From: Amoebophrya sp. A120
Taxonomy: Eukaryota; Protista; Dinoflagellata
Assembly: GCA_905178155.1 (NCBI GenBank)
Contig: CAJINV010000004.1
Location: forward strand, 3,319,320-3,383,319
Direction: 5' to 3'
DNA length: 64,000 nucleotides
The notes under the pieces were generated by a model, which was not told the origin of the DNA, made no database searches, and saw only the letters and a list, made by a program, of their open reading frames with translations. The translations under genes were made by a program, and so were the position numbers. Shown here piece by piece: positions 37,727-50,336 of the stretch (positions within the stretch are counted from its first letter, which is position 1; each line of letters starts with the position of its first letter).

Positions 37727-40700
37727 TCATTCAGGAATGTTGAAGTTGCTCAAATCCCACTGCAGAACTTTTCCGTCCAACCCACAGGTTGCGAACCTGT
37801 GCGGCGCCCGGAGAATCCGCAAATCCGACACGCGTTTGGTGTGGCGCAGCTTGTTCAGGGTTTCCGCCAGGGCCGGGTTCTTCGGCATCATCCAGCTCTT
37901 GGGCTGACCCGCTTGCCGCCGTAAACGCGGCAGGCGGTCGCGGATAGAAGTCGCGGGGGCTGCTGTGGGTTGACGTGGTTCGACTGGTCGGTGGTCTGCT
38001 GATGCACTTTGCAAGAATCGGTCACTGGCTGCAGGTCGTTGCGAATTTCCTCCTCCTCCAGTAGGATTCAGTATTTTTCCGCCAGAATTCATTTGACCAC
38101 TACTGCTCGCTACAGCTTCGCCCGCCATTCTCTCATGGTCGGTGCGTAGGTGTTCGTGTGGCTGACCGGCGGCGGCAGAGGACGAGCCTCTTCTACTTCC
38201 TCCGCCGATGAGACTCCGGCGAATCGCTTGTTGCATTATACTGCCCCCATGGTCCTCGCCGGTCTCATCCCTAATGCCACCAACAGAATTGCTCTTATTT
38301 CTGGAATTCGTTATTCGCGTAAACCCACCATCATGGGCGGCTCCTTGTGCGGCGTCGTGCGGGCCACTTGTGGTCGTGGTTGTCCCTCCGCGGATCCAGC
38401 TTTTGTCGTCGAGTTGCAGGGAGACTCGCGGAGCGGCGGAAGTAGAGCTGGATTTGTTCTGCGCGACAGAACTGTTGGACGTGTTGTTCCCGTTATTCTT
38501 CTCCGGCGAGGCGGACAGACTCAGAAGGGCGGGATTGTCGTTGTTTTTCCGTTTGTTACTCTCGCTGTTCTTCTGTGGTACAAACCCCACCACCCCGTTT
38601 CGAATGTCCCCGACCGGTTTCTGGTAGATCCACTGCGCCGGGACAGCGAGGCTGTCTTTTGTAGTTCCCTGCTCCTCCATTGGCGTGGTGCACTTTCTTC
38701 TGTTCGCGAGTAGTAAGTCATTGTCATCTTCGTCCTCTCCGCGAGAATTTTTCAGTCCTCTGTTCATTCTTTCCACTTCACTTTCCTCCAACACTGCCGA
38801 GCCAAACAGACCCGGGAGCTTCAGCTTACTCGGCCCGGCCATGGGCTGCTGCGAAAGAACCTGTTCGGCGACCAAATAGCCGCCGCAGTACCAGGAGCCC
38901 GGCCCGGTTTCGTCGGCCTCGTCGAAGTAGAAGAAAACTGGCACGTAGTCGAAGCCACAGGCAATCAGGATGTTGGGCGCGAGAAAAGCGACGCAGGACA
39001 GCGGGTAGCCCGTGTAATTGATGATGTGCTCTTCCCGGGTAACCATGTTCGTAATGGTGATACTGCTGTCCTGGCGGCACACCGCGAGGAGCATGGCCTT
39101 CTGCTGGAAGGTGGCGCAGGTCACCCAGGAGTGCGCATTCCCCGCTTCCAGCACGCAGGTGCCGAACGGGGGAGCCAGTTGGGGTGGGGTTTCTGGCTGT
39201 GCAGGAGGAGGTGCAGCGGGGGTAGAACTGCTTGGGGTCGGGCCCACTTGTTCATTGCTTTGTTCTCGTTCCTGCCCCACCGCCTTCACGTTCTTCTGAT
39301 TCTCGTGCTCCGTGCCACGACTCGATGTCGCCCCGCCACCCGCGCCGGTGGCCCACTCCTCGGGTGGGGAAAGACACCCGTCATCATCGACGTCCATCTT
39401 GTCTGCAGCTGCTGCCTCCAACTCCGGAAAGAGCACGTCGGCCTCGCCAGGATTCGCGGGACGGTTGTTTGTTGAGGTTGCTCCGCTATTTTTATTGCCG
39501 CCTTGGTTCTGATGTCCTGTCGCTCCACCTGCTTTAGTTTTGCTCTCTGAAGACGTGCCGGCCGAAGCGGAATGATTCTTCACCCCCACACTACTAGCAT
39601 CCCGGCCCGCGAACGTACTGTACACTCGCGCGGATTTATCAGCCCCGCCTACACAGAGGAACAAATTGCCGCACCACGCCAGCGCCGTGATCGGGTGCGG
39701 GCCGTGGGCCCCCTGCTGCTGCTGTTGGGAAAACGAGAAGTAACTTGACATTGAGCCGCCACTGCGCAGCGGGACACTAGAGCTCGGCTGTTGCAGCGAG
39801 ATGCGCCAGGCGGACCACACGTCGCCGCTCCGTTCCTGCCGCCGCGTGCACACCACGCACTCGCCCGCGACAGTCGCGACGGCGAACCGCGAGGCATCGG
39901 GCGACCATCGTGCGCACACGCACCCGTATAAACTGCAAAAGTATCGCACTCGTATAAATGCATTACAAATTTTAATTTCCTCAGCATGAGAAATAAAATT
40001 TGTAATGCTGATTTACCTTAAGGAAAACGAAAAGATTTGTGATGCATGATTGCAATACGAGTACGATACTTTTGCACAGCATAACCCGAATTCCACGTCC
40101 ATTTGCACCAGCTCCGGCTGGTAAACATGCTCCTCGTTCGGAACCGGATAGTACAATTGGTGGTGGTCCCCTCTGCTGTCAATATTCCGCGGGTCGTGGT
40201 GGTCCTCTGATGTACTTCCGGCTTGTACCAGCGCCAGCTCGTCGCTATTTGCTGCACTGGAAGTGGAAGAACTATGTATGGTCGTGGTCATACCGCCTCC
40301 ATACGGCGGCGCCCGGCGCCACACGTAGGCGCACCTGTCGTGGCCGCACGAAACCAGCCAGCCAAAGCGGTTGAACTGGTATCCAATGCAAACACGTCTG
40401 GGTCTGGAAGAAATTTGTGTTGCTAATATTGACTGCGCAGCAGAGTGGCCGCTTGTACGGCACAACAGCATGAAAAGTTTTTATTTCGCGGCTTCAAGCA
40501 CATTAATTTTCATTCTAATTTAGCAGCACAAAATACGACTTAACATGAAGAAAGAGGTTGCAATAATTCCTATTCCAATCTACGCATCACAAATCTTGTT
40601 GTCCTGCGAAGCTCGCATCACAAACCCAAATCCACACATATTTGCACTGCATAACTCGAAGTCCGCGACGACGTCCGCGTGTTCCTTCAGCACCGCGAAC

Positions 40701-41949
40701 CGATATCCATTGCAACTATGTCTAATTCTGGAAGCTTGCAAAACTTATCTATGCAGTTTTTCCACGCTCCACAGAGTCTGGAATGCAAGCCTGCGCATCA
40801 CAGGTTCTGCACTTTCTTGGTCGTTGTACACGTAATGCCTATTCTCCATGCGAAATTCCCTCTCAACAGCATGGCGAGAAGTGCAAGTGGGCATTATTGT
40901 ATTTACAAGTTGTCACGCATGCCAGATTTTTGTGTGACCCGCACCGCGCATCACAAGTTCGTTCTTTTTCGGAGGACCCAAGAAACATATTTGCAGTGCA
41001 TACCCGGCTCCACTCGGCGAAGCGGTAGCGGTAGACCCAAATCTCGCTCGTGGACGGGGAAGTGAGGGCCATCGTGTCCTCCCCGTGAAAAGCCAGCCGG
41101 CTGACCCCGACGGTAGTCGCCTTGCTTGAGAACACGCGTAGTGGCTTATTGAAAGGAAAAATCCCCCCTCCCCATATCAAGACGAAGTTTCTCATGCTGG
41201 ATTTCCGTACATAAATGCGCGCTGTCTTGCAGTAAGGCATCGCCGCCTGATCCTCAGCCTATGTAGGGGCGTTTGGGTCTACGTCTAGTTGTTTAGCATT
41301 AGAAACGGCTGTCCCCTAGGCCCAACAGCATGCCACATGGCTTCCATAATTAATGGCGCGGAGGCCTCTGCACTTGTCCTCTGGCAAGACAGAAGTTGTT
41401 TGTGGTCTCAAATCAGCAACACAAATTTTCGGAAGCATACCTTTTCGATGTGGGGAGGAGGGATTTTTGCTCTCAATACGGCTCTATGCATTGCAAAAGT
41501 ATCGTACTCGTATAAATGCATTACAAATTTCCTCAGCATGAGAGATAAAATTTGTAATGCGGATTTACCTTAAGATAAAGATTTGTAATGCATGACTGCA
41601 ATACGAGTACGATACTTTTGCACAGGATAGGCTCCACCGCACAGACCAGCTCTTCGAGTTCTCCGAGGTATCAAGTGTAAAAATGTCTGGGTCTGGAAGA
41701 ATCCAACTTGTCATGCTGATTTTGGATTCTAAAAAAATCTGTATTGCATGAGCAGCAAAGGGAGTCCAAGTTTTGCTACACGGGAAGAGCATTTGTCATG
41801 CAGTACAGGCATCAGGAAGCCCTCACAAAATCTGTGATGCGAGGGCATGCGTCACAGTTATCAGGAGTCATGCAAAATGTGCATGACAAACCTGGCAATC
41901 TTCCAGACCCAGACATTTTTGCATTTGATACGAGGTGCTGCTGGCTCAT
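37727..41949 (-). CDS. ARPC1: ARPC1 (Arp2/3 p41 subunit)-like WD40 protein with 6 introners
   Basis: Rejoined SPSTSEIWVY..LKEHADVVAD..LVSCGHDRCAYVW..YQPELV..RWSPDASRFAV..PFG..SWV..QDSSI..PLSCVAF..ACGFDYVP..H..FATCGLDGKVLQWD follows the ARPC1 motif order as I recall it. Confidence 0.7.
39927..40083. mobile_element. Introner family B
   Basis: Family B TIRs; TSD acccg. Confidence 0.92.
40380..40653. mobile_element. Introner family C-like (diverged)
   Basis: tatccaatgcaaacacgtctgggtctgg..ccaaatccacacatatttgcactgcata; TSD actgg/actcg. Confidence 0.85.
40704..41002. mobile_element. Introner family C-like (diverged)
   Basis: tatccattgcaactatgtc..acatatttgcagtgcata; TSD accga/cccgg. Confidence 0.83.
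41147..41478. mobile_element. Introner family F
   Basis: TIR tattgaaaggaaaaatcccccctcccca / tggggaggagggatttttgctctcaata; TSD tggct/cggct. Confidence 0.9.
41485..41629. mobile_element. Introner family B
   Basis: Family B TIRs; TSD ggctc. Confidence 0.92.
41669..41930. mobile_element. Introner family C
   Basis: Family C TIRs; TSD cgagg. Confidence 0.92.
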
Positions 41950-42877
41950 CTTGTTTCATCTTCGCGATCAAAAAAAACGCGGCTCAAACAAAATTTGCGC
42001 TATCAGGTTCTGAAACTATCACTGTGAATGTACTATCACACCGCGCGTGCATGCGCATGCCGTACAAGCAAAATAAACTGCAGAAACTGGTGCATAGAAG
42101 AATAAAAGCAGTGGCCCCTGTATCTTCATCACTCTTAATACCGGATTACAAAATTACAACTTACAACTTCGGGTTCTTCGTTGTTTGTGTCAGGTACAAC
42201 TACGTGCTTTAGGACTAAATTTTGCGTTGTACTGAAGTAGAAGTTTGAAGATCCGTAGAAGGCAAGAAACGCTCTTTGTGAAGAAAAGCTGCGGCTTTGC
42301 TTTCGGGTTGAGAGCACGGAGGACTGTGTGGAATGACGCTTGGTGAACACAAGTGCTGCTGGCGTTACGTCGTTTTTCAGCATCTCTTTCTTCTTCGTCT
42401 GTGACTGCAGTTCTTGAAATCGCTGCGCGTCTTTCTGGTGCTGTTTGCGCACTAGTAAAGCGAACTCACTTGCCACTGCTGCAGAGGCCTCACCTTCTGG
42501 ACACGCCTATTAGTATTTGCAACGCCAGTATGTTTTTGTCTCTGACGGACTAGTAGGATGGTTTTGTTCCTAATTTGCGACGTCAGTCGTGTTTTTATAA
42601 ACATTTTTGCTTCAAGCTTGATTTCCACAAGGTTTAGCCGAAGCCGGGCATACTTGGCACTTCCTGCTTGTTGCCTAGCGCACTTTGAAGGAGGAAGTCT
42701 TCGTTTCATCATCTTCGGCTGCTGGTCTTCCTCGCATCAATTGCAAAAGCGGGCGCCGTCTAGTTTCAACACAAAAATGCGCTCGTCCTCGTGCTTATGT
42801 ATGATCAGGCGCAGTAGTACTTACCCATACGGACGCCATCGTCGTGTGAACGAAAGGAGGCCCTCGTTACCCTACTT

Positions 42878-45463
42878 CTAGTTGTATATCGCCACTGTAT
42901 TTATTCCCTGGTCCAAAGCCGCCCTGGCCCGTAGCGCAGCCTGCCGATTTCGTCTCCTCCACCTCCTCGCCCGCACGTCCTGCAGCACAACCTTCCGGTA
43001 GCCGCCCTGGAACGCCGGTAGCGCTACGTACTGCTCGGTATGCATTGCAAAAGGATCGCTATTGCTATTGCACTCGTTCTCGTACAAATTGCATAAACGA
43101 TTTTGCCAGAAAGAAAATTCAAGTTTGTATATGCTGATTTACCTAAGAGAGAGGATTTGTCAATGTCATGCATCACCGCAAAAATTACTACGATGCTTTT
43201 GCAGTTGCTACTTAGCGTGCGGCGACAGTTCGTCCACACGGTGGACGTGCTCGTGGCCGGACAAAATCCCTACAACCGGACCCTTCGGCGAGAGGTAGTC
43301 GGCCAAAATCTCGCGCGCAAACCGCTCGGTGGACGGGAGGTTGCCGCTTTTCGGCCACCGCTCCCGCTTCTCCACGTTGTAGCCCGTGTCGTGGGCCCAA
43401 CCGAATTTCCGGTCCCCACAGAGGATGAACTGCGTCCGCTGCTGCGCGCCGCTAGGGTTCTGGACCAGGTCAGGATTCGCCTGGTGAATTTGAGTTTTTT
43501 CAATCATGAATAGATGTATCTAAATTAATCTGAGAGTCGCCGTGGCCGACGTGTCACTTCATCCTTGACACCGATGCACGTGGTACCTACCGGTAATAAA
43601 GAACAACGAATAGGTATAGGTATAAATACATGCAATCCGTAGTGCATGAGCAACAGGGTCGGCCGGTTTCGCTGCAACTGTGCCACCACCGCCTGTCTCG
43701 CCTCCTCCCGCACTTGCAGATCCGAGTTGTCGATCGCGACAATCTATCCTGTGCAAAAGTATCGCACTCGTATTGCAAGTCTTGCATTACAAATCTTTTG
43801 TTACAAGGTAAATCCGCATTACAAATTTTTTTTCTCACGCTGAGAAATATGTATTTCTCATGCATTCAATGCATTTATACGAGTACGATAGTATTGCAAT
43901 TCATACAATCAGAAAGGGACCCAGCTCGGCAACGGACACTGGGGACTCCGTTTCCACTGTCGTTATTGGGAAGCTGTACAGGTGGTTATCCGGTGGTGGG
44001 TAGGTGGAAGCATAAGCATTATCGTCCGGAGATGAAGATACAAGAACCATATCGCCCTGCTGTGCCTGCGCTGATGCACTGCTAGTTGCACCAAGATCGT
44101 CGACTACACCTCCCTCAGTGTGCAAGTAGATGTCGGCTTGTTGTTGTTCCCCCGGTCGTTGTATCCTATCAACAGAAACAAGCTGCTGTCCGTCTTCTTC
44201 AGCCTCTGGGGAATTTCGTGTACTACCGGTAGTTGTACTCCCAATCATGCCTCTCCGAAAGTATCCTCTGTTCATTCGCAGTGATTCTGCAGTCGCGTTT
44301 CTGTTTCGGTGGTGGTGATACAGCATCAGATTTTTCACCAGTTGCGCAGGAGGAGCCCGTCCTGCCCCACTGAACGAGCCACTTTGATCTAGCATTTCAT
44401 CTGCATCTCCTGCTCCACCAGCGGCAATAGCTTCGCCGTTTTTAGAAGGACTGCTTGATGCCATAGCTGCTCCTCCTCCTCCAGGCAGCGTCGCGAGAGG
44501 ATCATTTTTTCGTGATGTGTCCGAATTATGCGTATGCACTGCATTGCTCCCGCCCCGACCTCCAAATGCAGCAACCACAACCGGCTGTCCAAAGCTGGCA
44601 AACAGAAGCGGTTTCAACACGTTTTCGTAAGCAGTCTGCTTCTGCAACAACAGCGGCTCCTGGGGCTTTCCCTCGGTCATAAAGTCGTGATTGCCGCCCG
44701 TGTAGAGAAACCGAATATCGTGTTTCCGCAACTCTTCTAGCACCCATTCCACCGCGTTTGGTTGGGGAAAGTTGAACAGGTCGCCGCCGAGCAGCAGCAG
44801 GTCTGCGTTTTCTCGTTTGTACAAATCCAGCAACTTCTGAAACGTCTCGCGGGGGTTACTGGTCCGCGCTCGCGAGCTGCTAGCTGGAGCAGCTGTGTCA
44901 GTGTCTACACGACCTGTTGGTTCCGTCAAATACACGTTCTGCGCGTTCCGAAATGCGTTGTCCATCCGCTGGTTAAACGGCCGGTCGCTATCGGTTAAAG
45001 GCATGTTCAAATGTACGTCGGTTACGTGCAGGACGGTCCACTCCCGGTTCTGCCTGGAGGTTTTGTCGTTATCCTCCAAAGAAGATGAACTGCGCCCAGA
45101 CGAAATGTCGTACACACTGGACATCGTCGTAGATGCTGCACTTGTAGTTTTGCCAGCCCCCGACGTCGTGCCTGCACCGACGATCAGTTGTGAAGCAGAC
45201 GCTGCGTTCTCACTTTTTCCTCGTTGCGCTGCTTCAAATCTATCGTGTTGATGCACCAGCTGCGCCGCAGTTGTTCCTGGTGCATCGAAAACCACGATTC
45301 GCGCGTTGAGCTGGTCGGTGTTTGTGTGGTTGGCGCGAAAGTGGAGCTCGGGGTGCGGTTTTTGGTCGAGTTGTACTTGGTCCGCCTTCACGAAAAATAT
45401 GTTCGTCGCCGGTCCACCTCCACAGAAGAGTAACACGACGAACGAAAACAGCAAAAGCTTCAT
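42878..45463 (-). CDS. Secreted calcineurin-like metallophosphoesterase
   Basis: Signal peptide MKLLLFSFVVLLFC; motifs VTDVH, GGDLFN, GNHD, LLLMH, SGHEH. Confidence 0.85.
43039..43210. mobile_element. Introner family B (diverged)
   Basis: tatgcattgcaaaaggatcg..cgatgcttttgcagttgcta; TSD ctcgg/cttag. Confidence 0.8.
43745..43905. mobile_element. Introner family B
   Basis: Family B TIRs; TSD caatc. Confidence 0.92.
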
Positions 45464-46274
45464 TTTGGAAAGAGCCCGCTCCGGTAGTAAACTCTACATA
45501 TTCAGAATCTTCAAACGGCGCTTCTATTTGTTCTTTTTTCAAAACTTACACAAGGGCGCAGCCGCAGGCTATCTCGCGCAGGACAATATAGTCCCTGTCG
45601 CTAGCAGACCGCGCATATTATCTGAGATGAGGTTGGAAGAAAAGAACGGGACAACACTACAGAGAAAGATGTTTTGCGCTGCACCTGCGCGAAACAGCAA
45701 CAAAGTACGCAGGCCCAGTGCGCCGGAACAATAAACCGCTTCTTCATAGAGGATCAACTCATTGCCGCTCTTGTTCAACGATCCAGAAGAGCCAGAACAC
45801 CGGCGATTTCCTCGCACAAGGAATTCTTGTATGGCGACGCGGCTAATATTTCGGCGCGATGTGAAACTTCTCCTTCATTCATCCGCGCTAGGGAATGATG
45901 AAATTGTACTTTTACAATTTTCTCGATGGCATCAAAAAACTCTACAAGAACGCATTCCTCCACATCGTACAAAAGTACAGCTCAATAATTGGATTCAAGA
46001 ATGATGTTGTTCGACCATGCCAAAGCGAAGCTCGGCCTGATGTGAGCATGAGTCTTTCACTTCTCCAGCATCTTCGTCCATATGACAAGAAACCATTTTT
46101 TTTTTGCCTGCGCGAGGGGATTTTAGCCTCTATACACGGCTACCCACATGCAAAAAATAAATCTACTTTCTCGCGATGACAAGAAACCATTTATATATTT
46201 TGTACATTCAATTTCAGCAGCACTCCTCAAGATCATTGTCCGCAGACAACACAAAAAAAAAACACTGTACATTT

Positions 46275-46356
46275 GAAAGTGGACGTCGAGAGTGGAAAGT
46301 GGACGTCGAGACGTTTTATTCAAGTGGAAAGTGGACGTCGAGACGTTTATATTCAA
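46275..46356. repeat. Short tandem duplication, 3 copies
   Basis: gaaagtggacgtcgaga x3 in intergenic DNA. Confidence 0.8.
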
Positions 46357-46578
46357 AAAGCAATTGGAGGGGAAACAAGTGCAGGGAAAACTGGTGCTGA
46401 AGCTGATCTTGTGCTTCCTGTCTGTCGGAGTTTTGTTTTGCCAGTCCCAAAAAAGGAAAATTTGTAATTGTATCCATCCCTCCTTCCAATAATTTCTTGC
46501 AGATGAGCAGTTGTATGCTAATGTACTCTTAGCCTTACAAAAACGCAATCTGGAAACTACAGCAAGCCTTAGCTTTAA

Positions 46579-49151
46579 TTATATCACGCTTGTTTCTGGC
46601 TTGCCGCGTGCCTCATCCAATTTTCCTGAGTGCAGGATTTCCCGTTGATGTAGTACGCGGACTTCTCCACGTCGCGCACGGTCACTTTGCCCACACCGTG
46701 CGGAACGCCCTGCGCCCACTGTCCCGAGTACTGCTTGTTTTCGCGGGTCCTGTTGGATTCTCATTTCAGTTTCATCCTATTGATGTACTTCTACTTCCTC
46801 TACTTCCTAGATTTTCATTTCAATCCTGCAGCATAGAGATAGGCCAAGCTGAGAGTTGTATTTAAGTAACAATCGTTAAGTATTTCTTCAGCACTTGGAG
46901 GCTCCATCAAAACTACAAATTTTACCACGAGAGCGTCCCTTCACCGTGGCGCAGCGAGTCCACAAACTGCCCGACGTAGAAGTTATCCAGGAAAAAAACT
47001 GTGTAAGTGTAACTGTGTAGCGAGAATAGCATCACAAATTCGCTTTGCATTGCAGGGAAGACCTGACATGCGCAGCTAGTACGTGGAAACACGTGTGAGT
47101 GTAGCCTATGAAGCAGACCCAGCATGACAAGTGTAACAGTTTCGCACTTTCTGCATCACAGACTTACACTCACATAGTTTTTTTCTTGCATAGAAGTCCC
47201 CGTTGGAATACTGCCACTTCCCCTGCCCGTGCTGGGTATGAATTGCAAAAGTATCGTAGTCGTATAAATGCATTACGAATTTCATCTCCAGCATGAGAAA
47301 TAAAATTTGTAATGCGGATTTACCTTTAGAAAAAGATTTGTAATGCATGATTGCAATTACTACGAGTACGATGCTTTTGCACAGGATACTGGGCGTTGTC
47401 CAGGAATTCCCCCACATACACGCCCTCATCGTCCGTGAGCCGGCCGTGGCCGCAAATCACGTTGTCCCGCAGCTGGCCCTCGTAACTGCTATCCAAGTAG
47501 AAAGAAGGGATGTAAGTGCATAGACACTTTATTTTTCGACCAACATTCCAGCTCTGAGTGCAAAAACCTCTCATGCTCAGACAGTATGTGAGAACGCCTT
47601 TGAATCATGGGTTTATATACTTATTGGGGCCTACAAAAATGCATGACCAGCATGAGAGACCTCCAGACGAAGCCATCTTGCATTTTGATTTTGCTGCGCA
47701 TCTTGAAGTTACAGTAACAATCTTTTTCCTTGGATAACTGCTATCCAAGAAAAAAACATTGTAGGTGCAACTTTTTTGGAGGAACAGCATTACAAATTCG
47801 TCTGGCATGACAGCAAAAACCTGTCATGCGCAGATAGCACGCGAAAACGCCCTTTAGTGGACGCTGCGATGCATGCTAAGCATGACAGACGCAATCATCT
47901 TGCATGTTGCGCATCACAAATTTACACCAACAATCTTCTTCCTTGGATAACTGCTCCCATCCGACCACTGGTACACGCCGTCGCCCTGCTTCATATGGAA
48001 CTGTCAGGATTGGAATCGCTAAAGTTGAAATAATTTGTGATGCCTAAAATGCAAGGCGCAGAGTGACTGTCTTGCAGGGATTGCAAGTGAGGCCGATTGT
48101 GAGCAGCGTGTTTCGGGTTTGGGATAGAGCTGCTAAAGTAGCATGACAAAGGACGCCTTCTTTCGCTAAACAGCATGACAAACTGGAGTTCCATGACGTC
48201 AAAATTTGTCATGCGCCGCTGGAAAATTGGGCTTCCAACTGGTATCGTTTTATAGATATACAAATTTTTCAACTTTGTCAATTTCAATCCTGAAAGTTCC
48301 ATACTTCACCCCCTTGACATAGTTACCCTTGAAAACGGTCTCGTCGTCGAACCATGTTTCGCAACCTGTCGTGCAGCAGTTTTTCAACATGCTCAATAGA
48401 AGTTGTACGAAGAACCATGCACTCCCTCACAAATTAAATGCAATCTACTCTCTCAACATGTCATCATAGATTGATACATGTTCGTTGTGTTCGTCGCCGT
48501 CCTCATGCCCTTGGGCGTAAATTATGATTAAAAAAATTATGACAAAAAAATATAGCGATACGAATGAGAACTTGTTCTACCGAGCCCGTGCTTCTCGCCC
48601 GCCAGCCAGTTTCCCTTGTACTCCCCCGCCGTGTCCTTGAACCAACCGAGACCGTGCGCTCGGTTTTCCTCCCACTCTCCCTCGTAAAAGCCTGCGGGGT
48701 CCACGTACGTGTACTTGCCCCATCCGCTTTTGAAGTTCCCGCTCATCTGCCTGATCGTTGGTTTTCATTCACGATGGCAGTGCTCTGTTTTTTCTATTTG
48801 CATAGTTCTTATCATGTCATGCATTTATTTACTCAGCAACTACAGAACCGTCAGGAGTACTTCTATACTCATTACTCAAGCACGAATATCAGGATCATGT
48901 GAATGACGACCGCACTAGTACCCTTCATAAGAGGTCCCGTTCGGATTGGCCCGGGCCACATGGTTGTTGACCTGTTTGGCCTTGACCCTGTCGCCGTACT
49001 GTGCTCGTTTTGTGTCGTAATCCTCTTGGAGCTGCTTGACCTTGACCGCAATTTGGTCGACCCGATCGAGGCTGTCTTCCAGCGCGCGCTCGTCGTTCAA
49101 GATCTCATTGCTTTTGTCGCACACCGCCTGGCAGCACGCCGAGTTTCCCAT
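46579..49151 (-). CDS. MORN-repeat protein with N-terminal acylation-like motif; 3' end approximate
   Basis: MGNSACCQAVC start; repeats such as YEGEWEENRAHGLG, YKGNWLAGEKHGLG, YQWSDGSS|YEGQLRDNVICGHG, YVGQFVDSLRHGEG. Confidence 0.85.
46984..47192. mobile_element. Introner family D
   Basis: Family D TIRs; TSD gaagt. Confidence 0.92.
47237..47388. mobile_element. Introner family B
   Basis: Family B TIRs; TSD ctggg. Confidence 0.92.
47490..47736. mobile_element. Introner family D-like, first of a tandem pair
   Basis: tatccaag..cttggata; TSD actgc. Confidence 0.88.
47742..47949. mobile_element. Introner family D, second of a tandem pair
   Basis: tatccaagaaaaaaacattgtaggtgcaa..caatcttcttccttggata; TSD actgc. 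Confidence 0.88.
47994..48303. mobile_element. Introner family A (reverse orientation)
   Basis: Family A TIRs; TSD cttca. Confidence 0.92.
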
Positions 49152-50336
49152 CCTGATTGGGTCAAGAACAGCTACCGACAGAGATGGAAGGAAGCGGAAC
49201 GAACGACGTCGTGGGTGGAAAAAAATAGGCCCGCAGCTGTTTTGTCGTGTCGTACTTTATTTCCGATTTCACCCGGGGTCTTCAACAACGAACTGCCCTA
49301 TTTATTCCAATCAGCAAGAACTGAGAGGACCATTTTCACCCTGAAAAATCAGCTCTTTCGGTTTCGTGTTTACCCGACCTACAACCAGGCCCGTGATGCC
49401 GTCGCCGTCGGTGATTACAAATTTACAAAAAATACAGTTTTGAAAAAAACGATGTTGAAATGGGAACCTACAACATTTATGTCCACGTCGAAGTCAGTGT
49501 GTATGCGAGGTCAAGAGCCGAAACATAGGAAGGTATTTGTATTATTAACCAAGAACCACTGCTATATTTTTAGCAAAAACTTCTGTCAGCATTGCATCCT
49601 TTATTTCTTTCCGCCTGAACCCACCAAATAACCCCGAGCACCAAATAATCCCCAGAAGTTGTATAGATCTGCACGAACAAATAGCCCAATGGTATTTTTT
49701 GAAGAAGCGACCTAGTTCTTTAGTTACTCCACATCAAAAAAACGCGAATTTCTATCCCACACGCCGATCCACAGGTCTTCTTCTTCAAATCATCGGAATA
49801 TTGCACGACAGAGTTGAATAATTAATACGAAAAATATGCTGTTGACCACAAGCTGGGTCCCTCACATGATCATAGACATGGTGACGATGACGACGGCCAA
49901 ATATGAACTGCGTATACCGAAAAAACTCGAAGAAGCCGTACTATTCCTCACTATCTCGTGCAGCCCTAGGTAGAAATCGTGCTCCAGCGACGACGAATGG
50001 TTTTTTGTACGCTAATGATTTTATGAACGAAAACAGACCCTCGGACACTCGGACAGCAGAACAAATTTTCGCAGAATGCAAGCCGATGTTGTCGAGCCCC
50101 TTGGCCTGACAGATGGAAGTGAAACTCAATCGAAAATGTGAATGTTCTTTTTCACATCAAGATCAACTCCTTGGAAATACTTCTACTAACTTTTTTGCGT
50201 ATTAATATTTGTAGTTTTTATCCTTGGCATGATCACCACGAGCCCTTCCTCGGAGTAACTAACTAGACAAATTTATTCGCAACGACCCAGCGACCGACTT
50301 TGGGAATAGTCCCCCCACAAAACCGACGTCCACCTC

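Noticed and set aside
48903-49631. 242-aa plus-strand ORF
   Set aside because: Overlaps the first MORN exon antisense and AT-rich upstream DNA
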